Shown here in pieces: positions 1-14,500 of a stretch of DNA of 64,000 nucleotides. The stretch lies in contig NC_068995.1 in NCBI RefSeq assembly GCF_001194135.2, positions 49,968,852 to 50,032,851 of the forward strand, written 5' to 3'. Position 1 is the stretch's first letter, and every line of letters begins with the position of its first letter. The notes beneath the pieces were generated by a model, which ran no database searches, had not been told where the DNA came from, and worked only from the letters and a program-made list of their open reading frames with translations. The DNA comes from Octopus bimaculoides. Lineage: Eukaryota. A program made the translations under genes and the position numbers.

Positions 1-69
1 CTTCTTCCTCCTCCTCCTCCTCTTCAGACTCTTCCTTACAGTTTTTCTTCACTCTCGGTTTTCTTTTAG
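1..69 (-). CDS. BAZ1B: BAZ1B exon 31 (partial, second poly-Glu)
   Basis: tttag|[24 protein letters not shown], running off the window. Confidence 0.85.
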
Positions 70-1144
70 CTAAAAAATGAGAAAAAAAGAAAAAAGAAAA
101 AAATGCCGCTTTCTAAGTTAAAGGTAGAAAGACAGACAGATCGCAAGAACAGTACAACTATTTTCTTTGCATTAATTTGGTCAAAAAAAAAAAAAAAAAG
201 AGAATAGAACAGTACCCATGACATTCACATGGTCTTGAAGACAGACTGACACGAGGAAGGGGACAAACTCCTCTCCACTTCAAGGGTTATCCACATATCA
301 AAGAACTCGAGTCAGTCATAACTAAATTAAGAAGAAACTTGCTCAGCTACATCATCATCATCATCATTTGACGTCCGCTTTCCATGCTAGCATGGGTTGG
401 ACAATTTGACTGAGGACTGGTGCTAATTTCATGAACAGGCTGTTCTGTTGATCAGATCAACTGGAACCTTTGTTTGTCATAACCAACGGAATGCCAGTTG
501 TTGTAAAGTAACAGATTTTCAGAGAAGACTCTGCATAATTGACTGATATTTTATTTTATTGATTCCAGAAGAATGAAAAGCAAAGTCAATATCAATGAAA
601 TTTGAACTCAGAATGCCAAGATTCATAATTAAATATTTCAAGGCTTCTTCCTGCCACTAACAATTCTGTTGTCAACACAAAACGAATGATCGATTTAATA
701 ACTGAAATTAGAATTTCTAAACAAGATCTCATGTCATAAAACAAAGTGGCTAAAATTCATGTTATGGGATTAAATAACACTAATTGATGAATTTAAAACC
801 GAAAAATATAATTCCTTCTTCTATAAGCACAAGGCCTGAAACTTTCAGGGAGGGGTCCTGATGTAATCAAGACCTAGGATTCAGTTGGTACTTAAAGGAT
901 GAAAGGCAAAGTTGACCTCAGTGGAATTTGAACCCAGAATGCAAAAACAGACGAAATGCTGTGAAGCACACTGCCTAGTTCTATGTGTGTGAGAGAGAGA
1001 GTGTGCACACACACACACACACAAGAATATGTATACAAGAAAGAGAGAGAGCGTGAGAGAGTACCACTTCAAATAAACTTACAATATGTTCTGAGCTGTA
1101 CTTTTTTCTTGGATTTTGAACTTTTAGGAATGTCTTCTTCAGAT

Positions 1145-1176
<32 letters not shown>

Positions 1177-4100
1177 CTCTTCTTCTTCCTCTTCCTCCTC
1201 CTCTTCTTCCTCTTCCTCAGACTCTTTCATATACTTCTTACCTAAAAGAGAAAAACAAAGTTGTTTCATGGAACCAGACACAGCTTTTGGATAAGACGCG
1301 TGTACAAAAACCAAGTCACTCCACTTTCAACCCCTGTAAAAAGCAGCCGAGGAAGCGTCTACATTAGGGGTGGGTTGGATGGGGGACTGTAGTCCTAGGG
1401 CTTTTTTGTGGCCTTTTTAGTCATCAACTGTGGCCTTCTACAGTGTATCAAGAGAAATCTTAATTTATATAAAAGCCATGAACACTAAGCAGTTGTAATA
1501 TATTAGACAAATATAACAACCAAAGTCTTCACAAAATAGATGCAAACTAAAGTTAAAACATTTCTCTGGGTGGAAAATGAAGGAAAGATAAGTAACTTTA
1601 CTAATCATTTACACCCATGAGCACAAAACATGGACAGAAATAGATAGTGATGTTTGCTTACAATTAGTAAGCTGTATCATGGCAACAAGACACAAATACA
1701 CACACACACAAAACAAAACCAAGGTCCACAAAATTCAGTTCAGACAACTGGTATACTTACGTCGTTGAGCCCTCTCTTGTCTTTGTTTGGCAACAGCTTG
1801 TCGTGATCTTGATCTTCGGCCACCACTTTTACATTGAGTACAAATCCATTGTCCCCTGAGAATAAAAATTTAAATATTAATTTTTCTCAAGGATTTTTAC
1901 AAGTTTCAACATAATCAGCATGGATTTGGTCCTGTCCATAGTTTAAGTCTGGAACAGCCACAATTCAATGAAACACATAGACAGACACCATGGAAGGTAA
2001 CCCATTAGTAAACAACTTCTGGCTGGATGAAATAATGAAAACGCTACATATTCAAACAAACCTGTTTCACCCATGCTTTTACAAACACAGTAACTGCAGA
2101 ACTGACTAAAGGAGCCGGAACTGAAGGAAGGTTTGATATATCAACATAAACAGAATGTCTTGCAATCCGTAGTGCCCACCCCTCCCCTCTCTAAATCTAT
2201 TTAGATGTAGTATTTTATCCAGAGAACAAAACAATGTGAATTAATAAGCATTACATTCAACAGGATAATCTGAATGCTACAGGGTTGAAAGCGAACTTAA
2301 AATTTCTCATCCAAGTTTAACATTAATTAATGTCTCAACCATTAGCTTAAGAACGACAAGGTTATTTTAATGCACTCCTCGTATTCTTTGTTCTTTTCAT
2401 AACTAACAAAAGGCAATATATTTCTGCAGAAATATGGTTGCAAAAAGGGCTATGTTACTATTTTAAAAATCCATGGTACATCAAACATGAGTATGACAAA
2501 ATTATGTATCTCCATTTCCTAAGATGCTTTATTATTAATATAGATTTTCTAAAACCCTTAAACTATGTTGCTACAAACCCACCATGCACCTAGAAACGAC
2601 TTACAGAGGATCATTTGAAAACCACTGTTCTACACATTATAAACTTGCCCTATAGAAGCTGCCGCAGTGCAAGAGGGAAAATAAAAGAGATGTAAAATTT
2701 TCTTCTAATAATGGCAATGTACCTGGGTGGATGTCTTAAAGGTGGATCGTGGCATTCTATATGGTAGACATCAGGACACTGTGAACACTGAATTAAGTCA
2801 TCTTGGCCATCACACACAACACAATTTTCATAATGTTCCTTCTCTGATTGACGTAAATCGTCTCCCTCAGTATCGCCGTCATCACTGTCTCCCTTCTAGA
2901 AAAGATACAGAAACTGGTTAGGTAAACAAAGGCACACAAAATGGTTAGACCATTATTTAATTACTTCAGTTAATTAACTACAGCCATGCTGGAGCAGGCT
3001 GTTCCGTTGATCGGATCAACTGGAACCCTCAACGTCGTAAGCGACGGAGTGCCAACAACAAACAACAATAGTTATATGACTTTAATGCAGTTAATAATGA
3101 TCTCTGTAGTAAATCTACATCAAATCATGTCTTAATTGGGAAACGACAAAAACAATATGCACATATTAGACAGTGTGGTGATACACTGTACAGGAATAAC
3201 AAAAATTAAGACATGAAGGTCAAGGATGGAATGTTTTTGATTGTAGGTTTACTTGACCAGGGCCGACCTAGGGTTAATATCAGTTAAGTGTATTTTAGTA
3301 AATTCTTTGAATTACCTCATCATCTGTATCTTCACCATATTTCTTCCTGGAAGCAGTTCTTCGACTCCTACGTTCTGACTGAGGCTAAACAAGCAAGAAT
3401 GAATATAAATATAAATATAAAATAGTAAAAAGTAATTGTTGGTGTTGACATTTCAAATGGTCTAATATCTTAATGAACGTCATTCTTTGACAAATATAAA
3501 GAAATTCTTTTAAGAAATGAATTTATACATATGTCATCATCATCATCATCGTTTAACGTCCGCTTTCCATGCTAGCATGGGTTGGGAGAGAGAGAGAGCA
3601 CCATCACACAAGCTAAGTTTATAGAGTAACGAACCTGTGTCCAGAAATGATGGGGGTTCAAAACTTGTTACTGATATTTTCTTGATAACAAGCACGCATA
3701 ACTTTTAATGACCAAGTCTATTTACTTTTAAATGTTCTTTTTTTCCCCATTTTCTTTGACAAGTTAAATCTACCAGCCATGTTCATCTGACAGGCTTCCA
3801 CACAGTTTCCACAGCCAGTTTCACTCACAGTTTGAGTCATCCCAAGGTTATAATAGAAGACACTTGACAAAGATGGCATGTAGTGGGATCAAATATAGAA
3901 CCACATAGGCTACAGCACATTGCTTATGCCATCATCATCATCTAGTGTTTTAAATCTGGGTTTTGCCCCCATTAACGGGGATGGCCGGATCTACCTCAAT
4001 GCCATAGCAACCGAGGTAGGCAGATGCAGCCCACCCCAACCTTTGGGCTGGTGCCCATTCCCCCTTGCTATCATGAGGCTTTTTTGGAGCTGGATTTTCT

Positions 4101-7100
4101 ACAGGGAGCATGCTCTTGCTTACCCCCAACCTCAGTTTCTAGACATGAGTGATCCCAATATCAAGGTCCGTCCCTACCAGGATTTTTAAGAAATGTGATG
4201 AAAAAATAGCTCCGAGACCCCTTTCAGAGCCCTCCTATCTACATGTTATTTATAGAAAAAGAAAAGTGAGAACAAATGAAAGTAAAAAGAGAGAAAGTGA
4301 GAGAGAGACAAGAGAGTGAGAGGGAGCTAAGAGAGCAAGTGAGAGAGTACAATCCCTTTCAAAAAGCCTTTTTCAATTTATATTTCAAATGATAATTAAA
4401 AAAAAAAAATCTGTGTTCTTACCAGACATGCAGGACAATACCAGTCACCCTCGGGTATCCAGGGAAGAGCAGGACGAAGGCAGTATAAATGAAATGCCTG
4501 GTTACAATCATCACACAGTATCAACTGTTCACCAATTCCTTTCTTCCGGCAAATTTTACATTTCTGTGTATTAAAACACAAACAAACAAACCATCTTACA
4601 TATATATTTCTTTATTGCCCACAGGGGGCTAAACACAGAGGGGACAAACAAGGACAGGCAAAGGGATGAAGTCAATTACATCGACCCCAGTGCATAACTG
4701 GTACTTATTTAATCGACCCCAAACCGTAACGGCAGACGAAATACTGCTAAGCATTTCAGCCGGCATGTTAACGATTCTGCCAGCTCACCACCATCATACA
4801 TCCAGATGCTTCACACATGTGCCATATAATCACATTTTGATCTTGATAACTTTTAACAATTTACCAAACAGTATTACTCTGGCATAAAATGTACCACTAA
4901 TCCTAATACATACTCTATCAAAGAACTCTAAAACAAAATACTGCTTGCTTTATCCTAGGTAAGCAAAACACAGAAGACTTTTGCATTATATAAATAATCA
5001 CATCATTTTACTGAGATTCTTCAATAAATTCATCCAAATAATTCTAACTTACAGCATTCTCAGCGGACTTCTCCCATTTGATGCAGGCATCCAAAATTCC
5101 AAGTAAAACATGTAAGCGTGAATATGTTTTAGAGTGTTCTACAGCTTCTTTCCATTTTAAGAGACCCATATTTATCAGTTCTTTGTCTTCCTCCTCTTTG
5201 ACTGATATATGAAGAATTGCAAAGAAAGAAAAAAAAACTTTTAAGACCATAGAAAACACCATTGAATTTTAGAGAAAAACTGAAACAAAACATCAAATCA
5301 ATTCATATACAATATTATAGCCATCATGATAGGCATTAGTAGAAACAGAAGTAGTAGATTAGTGTTAAGTAGCTGAAGAATTAGTTACATGTGAACAGGG
5401 GAAATGTGTGAATAGAAATCCCCAGTTACAAACCAATTTATATACCTAATTTTAGAATAAGACACAAAGTTAAAGTGGTGCAATAGGTAAATTAGTCATG
5501 TAGAAAGTGCGATACAGGGTTCGAGTCCCACTTGTGACTTTGTTGTAGTTCATCTCACATCAGGGAGATGTTTAATATCATTTATACTGGTGACGGTGAC
5601 AGAGGTGCAGATACTCTCTCTTTACTCTTTTACTTGTTTTAGTCATTTGACTGCAGCCATGCTGGAGCACCGCCTTTAGTCGAGCAAATCGACCCCAGGA
5701 CTTATTCTTTGTAAGCCTAGTACTTATTCTATTGGTCTCTTTTGTCAGATCACTAGGTTATGGGGATGCAAACACACCAACACCAGTTGTCAAGTGGTGG
5801 TGAGGAACAAACAGATACAAAGACATACACACACACAAAGGGCTTCTTTCAGTTTCTGTCAACCAAATCCATACACGAGGCTTTGGTTAGTCTAAGACTA
5901 CAGCAGAAAAGATATACCCAAGAGTCACGCAGTGGGACTGAACCCAGAACCATGAGGTTGGGAAGCAAACTTCTTAACACAGATCTACGTCTGTACCTAA
6001 AATAGTTCTAAATAATCCTAAATCCAAGTAGAAGCCCTGAATTTTAGTTGCTAAAAAGTATCCTGTCACATGCTAGAAATTTCTGTGTAAAAATAAAAAA
6101 AAAGTTTAAAAAATTACTGCAAGGAGAAGAAAAGACAAGATTTCTATCAAAACTTACCAGAAGAATCAGTATTTTCTTCTTTCTTTTCAGAATCAGAACT
6201 TTTTGATTTAGATTTTCCCATAATTCCTTGCAAGAACCGTTCTAAAACATAACTCTGGGTGTCTAACATACAGTTAGCCTAAACAAAAAACAATTAAAAA
6301 AGACATAAGAGGAGAACTACATATAAAGTTGGTCAAACAAAATCCACACCCTGACACACATATATCCTCATCATCATTTAATATCTGTTTCTCTATATGC
6401 GTGGATATATATATAAATATATAATTTAGAGAAAAGAACCAAAGTTCATGCCATGAAAATCCAGTCACATATAGAAAAATTTAATAAGTAAATACACTAA
6501 AAATAGTTCTTTTTAGTGCCTGTTTCAAGCATAGAAAAGAAACAACTGCAGTTCTATGGCCAACAACAGGGCTTACAGACATACAAGCCAAATCAATGAA
6601 GAGAGTCTGTATGGGGGTCATTGAACATAATCACCATCATCTGGTTGAGCTTGCTCAGACATTTTTAATCCACACACGCCATCCATCTCGGTCCTCCACT
6701 AGTTGAGGGACCAAGGTCTTCAGGAAGGCATCCAGTGTCTCTATATATGTTGTGTTCGGATAACCTGTTCCAGATGCTTTGGCATCCTTAAGTAGTAGGT
6801 CATTTGCCAGCAATCATCATCATCATCGTCGTCGTTTAACGTCCGCTTTCCATGCTAGCATGGGTTGGACGATTTGACTGAGGACTGGTCTGCAAAACAC
6901 AATCACCTTTCCCTTCTGATGGGAGAAACAAGCAGGAGATATCCATACAGCCTGTTTCTTGCTGGGACAAGTTTATAGCGAGACATGAGTTAATTTCTCC
7001 ATAAACATGCTCTCGGTAGTCTTGAACATGAAAGAAAGAGGTAATTCCCCCATTACCATTTCAAAAGGAAGGATACATTGGAGAATGTAATTCAAGATTC

Positions 7101-8473
7101 ACTCCATATGAGAAAAGAAAAAAAAAACAAAAAAAAATGACAAAAGTCATAGTTGAAGCACCTTTGGTCAGATATACGGTAAATCAGGACTGACCAGAGG
7201 AAAGGAGAGGGGGGTAACAACAAAGATATAAACTGCATTACCATGTCCGATATAGCTACAGACGTTTCAATTTTCTTTTCCCATTCTTCCTGATCAAACA
7301 CACCACCAAGTCCTCCATTACGTAGACGGGTTTCAGTTTCTCGAAGCTCCTGGTATTAAAAAAAAAAAAAAAAAAGTGAGAAAATATTTATCATGTACAT
7401 AGCAGTTTTCATTTGATAGAAATGTTAGAGCTATTTTCCTTACGGTAAAACTGTTCTGGCTCTGCTTTTTGAGTTCAAACCCCAATGTGATAAACTTCAC
7501 CTTTCATCCTTCTAGTGTCAATAAATAAAGTACCAGTCACATGCTGGAGTCAATACTCCTCTCTCTTTTCACTTAGCTGTTCAATAGCTAGCATGCATTT
7601 GATTCAAATAGCACACTTTCTACAATACTCTTTATGTCTAGTAGACTTCATAGAGTATATTTTATGTATGATTTCTGCACTTTTAATAGATATCATCACC
7701 ATCACTTAATGTCCAGGTTCTATGCTGGCACAAAACGGAGGGTTCGACAGAATCTGACAGGGTCCAAGCACTGCATCATATCCCAAAGTCTGTTTTAGTA
7801 TGGTTTCTACAGCTGAATGTCCCTCCTAATGCCAACCACATGACAAACGGTACTGGTTGCATTTTTTATGGCACCAGCACTAGTGAGGTTACCAAACAGA
7901 TTGCAAGACAGAGAGCCCCTTCGACTGAGTGGAAGATCTGTTGCAAAGTATTTGAGCCTATAGTCTTTTATGGTTTAGTCTAAAATTCTCTTAGAAAATC
8001 TATTGTTAATTAATATGTTTGATTTCTTTGTCTACCACTTCATTAGTGGAAGAGAAAGTAAATGCTCTATTGATTAGGGATCTTTACCATTTACTAAGCG
8101 GACTCTCTCCCTAATTAGTTGGGATATGACCCTCTCCGTGACCTTCATCACCCGATCCAGCAGTTTGATACCCCTGTAGTTATTTCTATCTAAAGCATCA
8201 CCTTTACCCTTGTAGCAGTTGACTATGGTGCTGCTACGCCAGATGTTGGGTATCACTCCTTCATGAACTACCTGGTTTACAATATGGGTGACTAGGACAT
8301 AACCCACACCACCAGATATTTTAAGCATCTCAGCAGTGATTTCTGATGGGCCGGGGGCTTTTCCTGACTTCAAAGCTTTAATTGCTTTATCTACCAAGGT
8401 GCTGTCTATTCGGATAGCTGGTCCCTCTATTGGGTCAACATTTGGCAGGCTCTTCTCCCATTCAGCAGATTTT

Positions 8474-8523
<50 letters not shown>

Positions 8524-11500
8524 TACAGAGAGAGAGATGGAGAGATGTAGCCTTAAATCATTTTGTTTTTAAAAATGACTTTTCGTTCACAAATTGATAA
8601 AAATCAATACGTTACCCTTTTGAAAGCCTCTTTCATATCGAGAGGGTTGTCACTCTCCTCTTCTTCAGTCTTTTTAACAGTGACATCTTTGGACGAACTT
8701 CTGTAAAAATAGAAATGATCATTTCTGACATTAGTACAAAGCAATAAAGTTGTACAGGAAATCTTGTAGGCAACTGAACAAACTCTTCCCTCCCAAGTAC
8801 ATTACTAGGAAGACATTTTTTTGTCTGCAAGATATAGGAGTATGTCTTATTATATGCTAAATATAAGTAGTTATTGATAAACATAACTTTTCCCTCATAA
8901 CATTACTATAATTTAACTAACCTATTAGTAGAAATTAGTAACTGTAGCTTATTGATTAGTACACAAGAATGTTGTGAAACATTAACATAATGTGAAAACA
9001 CATAATTGATAAATAAAAAGAAAAACAAAGAATATAAATCAAAATTCAATGTAGAGTAATATCGACATATATAAAATATGGTCAGTGCACTTGTTGTAGG
9101 GAGTGGAAAAATCCGACATTCAGATAGAGTCCATCTTCAAGGAAAAATTGATGAGAAACAGCAAAATTTTACATCCTCAAAGTTTTTAAAAAAAACTGTC
9201 TCATTAATCTCTCGCCTCTCAACTTTTCACTGAAGAAGGGACAGACTTCTCCAAAATGATGGATTTTCCACTCTTCACAGCATGTTTGTTGTATTCATTT
9301 TATCAATTTTACTACACAAGCTTTGCTGACACTGACCTACATCAACCTCTTCAAAGTCTGTTTGATCATATGTAAAATATATATTGATATCAATTAAAAA
9401 AATATTAAGCCTTTAGTATCCAGATGACTGTTAAATCTAATGCTTATTTATTCACATCATTTTGAATTAATCATGCATTATCGTGTAACCTTGAAATTTC
9501 AATGGTATGACTGTTTATGTTTAGAATGATGTTGTAGGGTAGGTGTGAGAGGCTGGATATGGCCAGTTTGAATATAAAACAAGTAGAATATGAAAAACTG
9601 ATAGGGCCAGTTTAAATGTTAAAGGATTAAACACTGACAAAAAAAGAAAAAAATCTTACTTCTTTGTTGCATTCATATTTTTTACAATGTCATCACGGCG
9701 TTTTAAAAGTTCTGATTTGAGAGCACTTTCCCTGATTCCTTGTGGGTGAAGGCTGGCTATAAAATTATCAAATTCTTCTTCTGTTTCATAAACAGACCAG
9801 GTGTTTTGGCCAGGTTCAGGAACGCTGTTTGGCAGAAGTAAAAAAAAAAATAAATAAATAAAATAAATGTTATTGAGATTAGCCAGCATCAAAAATGAAC
9901 ACTAAATGGTGATGATGGTAAATAGTCTTTACTCTTTCTTTTTAACTTCAGCTGAACCCAGACAGCATCAAAGAATTAAGAGATGTCTAATTGCAGAGAT
10001 GACCTAGCCAAAGTGTCAAACATTCATAACCCATCTCCAGGTCTACGCCATATATCTTAGTTTATTCTTTCATACTGTTAATTAACGAGTATTGCAAATG
10101 GCAATCCTTCAATAAAATACGTATCAATCAACTACTGCATTTATATAATCTTCTTCACCAATTTCTGGTTGTGTGTGTAAAATAAAGCATTATTAGTAAG
10201 AAGGGCAACCAACAGTAGAAATAGTTGAGAGGGAGAGAATTTTACTCATATTTTAGGTCTGCTTCTTTACACTCTGAGTTCAAATCTCACCAAGACTTAC
10301 TTTTCTTCCCCTGCTGCTGCTATGAATTAACTATATTCCACCTGTAAAGCAGGTGATGTGCCGAATCACTTTCTCATCATCCTTTTAATGTCCATTTTTT
10401 TTCAAGCCTGCATGGATCAGACAGAATTCTTTGAAGCAGATTTTCTATGGCTAAAAGCTCTTCCTGTTGCCAAACCTCACCCATTTCTGAACCATTTTCC
10501 CTGTGGCCACACAAGTTTTTCACCGAAGACTGGAAACAAACAATGTCACTTGTATGATGGTGACACTTGATTACAACTATCACAGAATATCAAAACAAAG
10601 AGACATGCATGTATACACAGGGATGTTTTCAGTTTCTATATACAAAACTCATTCACAAGGGTTTAGTCAATGCAGGGCTATAGTAGAGCAAGGTGCTACA
10701 TAGTGGGACCAAACCTGAAATCACATGGCCGGGAAGTGAACCTCTTAGCCACATGGCCATTTAAAATGTAAACTAAACTTCACATACCTCGTTTCAACCG
10801 GTTTGTTGTTATAATGTGAGTTTTGTGAATTTGAAAGGACTTCATCATCGGAGCTACAAGAACTGTCATCAGACTCATTTTTGAAACTGAATGCAATTTC
10901 ATCAGGAATCCAGCCTAGGAAAAACAAAACGAAACAGTGATCAATACATTTCAATAAACATGTTTATTATTATTATTGAGTGAGAGAGCAGTGCATGCCA
11001 TCAAAGTGACACTGGGGTAAAATATACGAAGCCCAATATACCCATCATGATTACCCGTCTGGTAAGGGAACGCCTGACACATGCATCACAACCACATGTA
11101 CACAACATTGTGATCTCATATCAAGATAAAAAGTGCATGACCTTGCAGGTGAAGCCCAGTTAGAATTTTCTTCAGTTCGAGTAGCTCATTCCACTCAAAA
11201 TGTCCCTGAATAAGGGTTGTTTAAAGATATTGACTGTGATCCAAGTTAAAAACCCTCATCAAAATTTCATGTCAATTTATACTCCAAACATCACAATGCT
11301 GACAAAGTTACTTTAAATTTTTTTATCATTTTTAACACTAATACAGATGAAAGAGTGTATTTCACTAGAAATATGATAATGAAAGAATTAAAATAACCAG
11401 CTATTGTTTCAGCCTCTTAGCTGTGGCCATGCTGGAGCACCACCTTTAATGTTCTTTAGTGAAAATTGAGATTGATATATCTCAGTCTAAATAAAAATGT

Positions 11501-14500
11501 GGCTAGATACCTTTTTCAACATAAAGACCTGGGGTGCATCGAGAAAATACCCAATATCGGCTATGATTTCGGTCCGTTCCAATTGGAGATAGGCGTAGAA
11601 CAAGCTTAGCAAAAGATATTCCATCCTACAAAAGTAAAAAAAAAAATTATTATTCTAAGATTTTATAATAATAAAAAAAAAAGATTGCTTTAACCCTTTA
11701 GCATTTGAACCGGCCATATCTGGCCCAAATATTCTATCTTGCTTTATGACAAAACTGACCAGATCCAGTCTCATACACCTACCCTACAATGTCATTCTAA
11801 AAATAAGCAATCATGCCTTCAAAATCTTGAAGCTATGAAATAATGCATGATTAATTGAAATCAATATGAATGAATAAGCATGACATTTGACAAAGAAACA
11901 TAAATGCTAAAGGGTTAATATATTCTCGGCTGCTTTTGAAAAATATTCATGTAGCTATTTGAAAAACTGTGTTAGAAAGATCCAGAAAAAGTTAAGATTC
12001 ATTTAGGAGATCCTCATAAAAAATGTCAAAAAAAAAAGTTTAAAAAAAAAGGCAAGAAAAAAATTCAACTGTGTTTGGGAATGTGTTCAATCTAGAGAAT
12101 GTATTGTACATCTTTATTTGAAAACAAACCAAAAAAAGATGAAAAAGATAAAGGATTATCAATGAAAATACTAAAGAAATATGGAGAAATGCACATAAAA
12201 AAAAAACAAGCAACAGAAATAAATAGTTTGGATTTAACAAATCTTAAAGATGGCTTACGTTAAATTCCTTCTCAAATGCTTCTTCCTCCTTTATCTTGCG
12301 AAGTACAGCATATTCTTTCTCTCGTCTAAAACAGTAAAAAAAATATACCAATTTAACATAGCTCTGCCATAACGTATTTGAGAACTTAATGTCTAGGCCT
12401 ACCAAAATGTCTTCTACTCTATTCTTTCTATTTTGCCATGCACACTCCCAATAGATGTATAATATTATGTTATCAATGAATTGTTTAATTATGTACCTTT
12501 CGCGTTCCTCCTTATCTCGTTTTTCTTTCTCTTTTGCAACAACAGCAGCTCTCCGTTGCCGTCGTTTAACAACCGATGCTAAGCCATCATCTGAAAAGTT
12601 AGCCTCCTCTTCTTCAGCAACTTTATTGCCATAAAAATCTCTGATGGTTAAACCTTCAAAATATGAACAAGAAATTTAGTCCATTAAGTCTTAGAAAGCA
12701 AAACAAAGAAAAATTCAAGTGATAAAGAAAAATTCATTTTTCCATTGTGATTTAAAAACAAAAATCAAAGAAGATTATTGTTCTTATTATCTATCATCAT
12801 CATCATCATTTCCATGCTGACATGGGCTGGACAGTCTGACCGGAGCTGGCAAGCCAGAGCCGCACCAGGCTCCAGTTGTCTGTTTTGGCAGGGTTTCGAT
12901 GGCTAGATGCCCTTCCTAATGACAACCAGTTTGCAGCGTACTAGGTGCTTTTTACACGGCACCAGTATAGGTGTTGTTTATGTGGCACCAGTATAGGTGC
13001 TTTTCACATGGCATCAGAAGTAGCCAGTTGGCAGTGATAGTTCCACAACAAATGGTAACAAGTGGTATTTAAGCTCTAGACATATAAATATAAACAACAT
13101 GGCTGTCTTAAAGGTAACAATACACTGCTTATAAAGTTTGTGTTTGGAGGGAGGGACCTGAACTAAAGTTGTTAAACCTATTTCAACATTATTAAAATAA
13201 TGTTTTTAAAGATATACATTTAGTATTATGCTCCCTATGATGTTGGCACCATTGAAAACAAACTGTCTTCAATATAAACAACTAGCCAAGAATGGAGCTT
13301 CTATATGGTATTTTAGCCTGCTAGAAAACAGCAGCCTAATCTCCCTCAAATGAAGGATCCTGGATATGTATAGCCTAAAAAAAAAAAACTGACATCGCCA
13401 CGAAATAACCTGGTGCAAAATAGTTTTATTTTTCAACAAAATTGGTTTGAAATTGTAGACCTAGTTGTTACCATATTTCTGTTGAGATACTCTGTGTTTC
13501 TATGAAGCAATTTTAAATATAACAAAGAATTTAGTAAAATAACTTAGTTATCATTAAGCTAGTGTTAGGAACATAAAATGTGACCAAAGTTTGGTGGAAG
13601 ATGTTTATTCAGAACTTTTGAAAACAAAGACATTTGTAATACAGCGCCTGAGGCAGTTTCAGGCAGGTTGGTGTCAATACTGTGTGCAGACATTTTAATA
13701 AAAAATACTTTTACATAAATATAATTAGTGTCGGGGGTGAGAGAGAGTTAGAGAGTAATAAGGGCAGTGGGGCAGGTTGAGTAGGAGGGGATTCAGGATT
13801 ACAGCATGCCATCAGTGAGTGATGCCAAGCTATGACTGGCTGGCGGTTAAAAATAAAGTGGCATCACTTAGAACAATGTTTGTTGTGATAATGATGATAT
13901 CACTACATGTGATGTGTGTGACATCGCCATCAAAGACTATTTCATTTAAAAGCAAATATTATCAAATATAGTGAAGGCACATGGCCCAGTGGTTAGGGTG
14001 TTGCACACATGATTGTAAGATCATGGTTTCAATTCCTGCACCAGGTGGTGCATTGTGTTTTCAAGCAAAACATTGCATGTCATCTTGCTCCTGTCTACAG
14101 ACAAACACCCCTTTCAGTAAAGTCTTTTGTATCTCCGTCATTTATCTTCTTCTGACATTAGTCAGTTACAACGGCAGGGGTTCCAGTTGATCTGATCAAC
14201 AGAACAGCCTGCTCATGAAATTAACATGCAAGTAACTGAGCACTCCACAGGCACACAGAATGACAACAAGGTTGGCCCTTTGAAATACAGTTACAACACA
14301 TTTTTGCAAGCTGAGTGGACTAGAAACGACATGAAATAAAGAGTCTTGCTCAAGGACACAGCGTGCCACCAGGTACAAAACTCATGACCTTACAATCACA
14401 AGCCAAGCACCCCTAACCACTAAGTCATGTGCCTTCACTTATATGTTATAGAAATCAGGTTAGGCCCTGGCTTTTGAATCCTAGGGCTCACGACAGACCA

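Noticed and set aside
983-1294. Poly-Ser + strand ORF
   Set aside because: Antisense of the poly-Glu exon 30.
10125-10170. Exon-like [13 protein letters not shown] segment between exons 20 and 21
   Set aside because: The phase is incompatible and it ends in a stop; exons 20 and 21 join cleanly without it.
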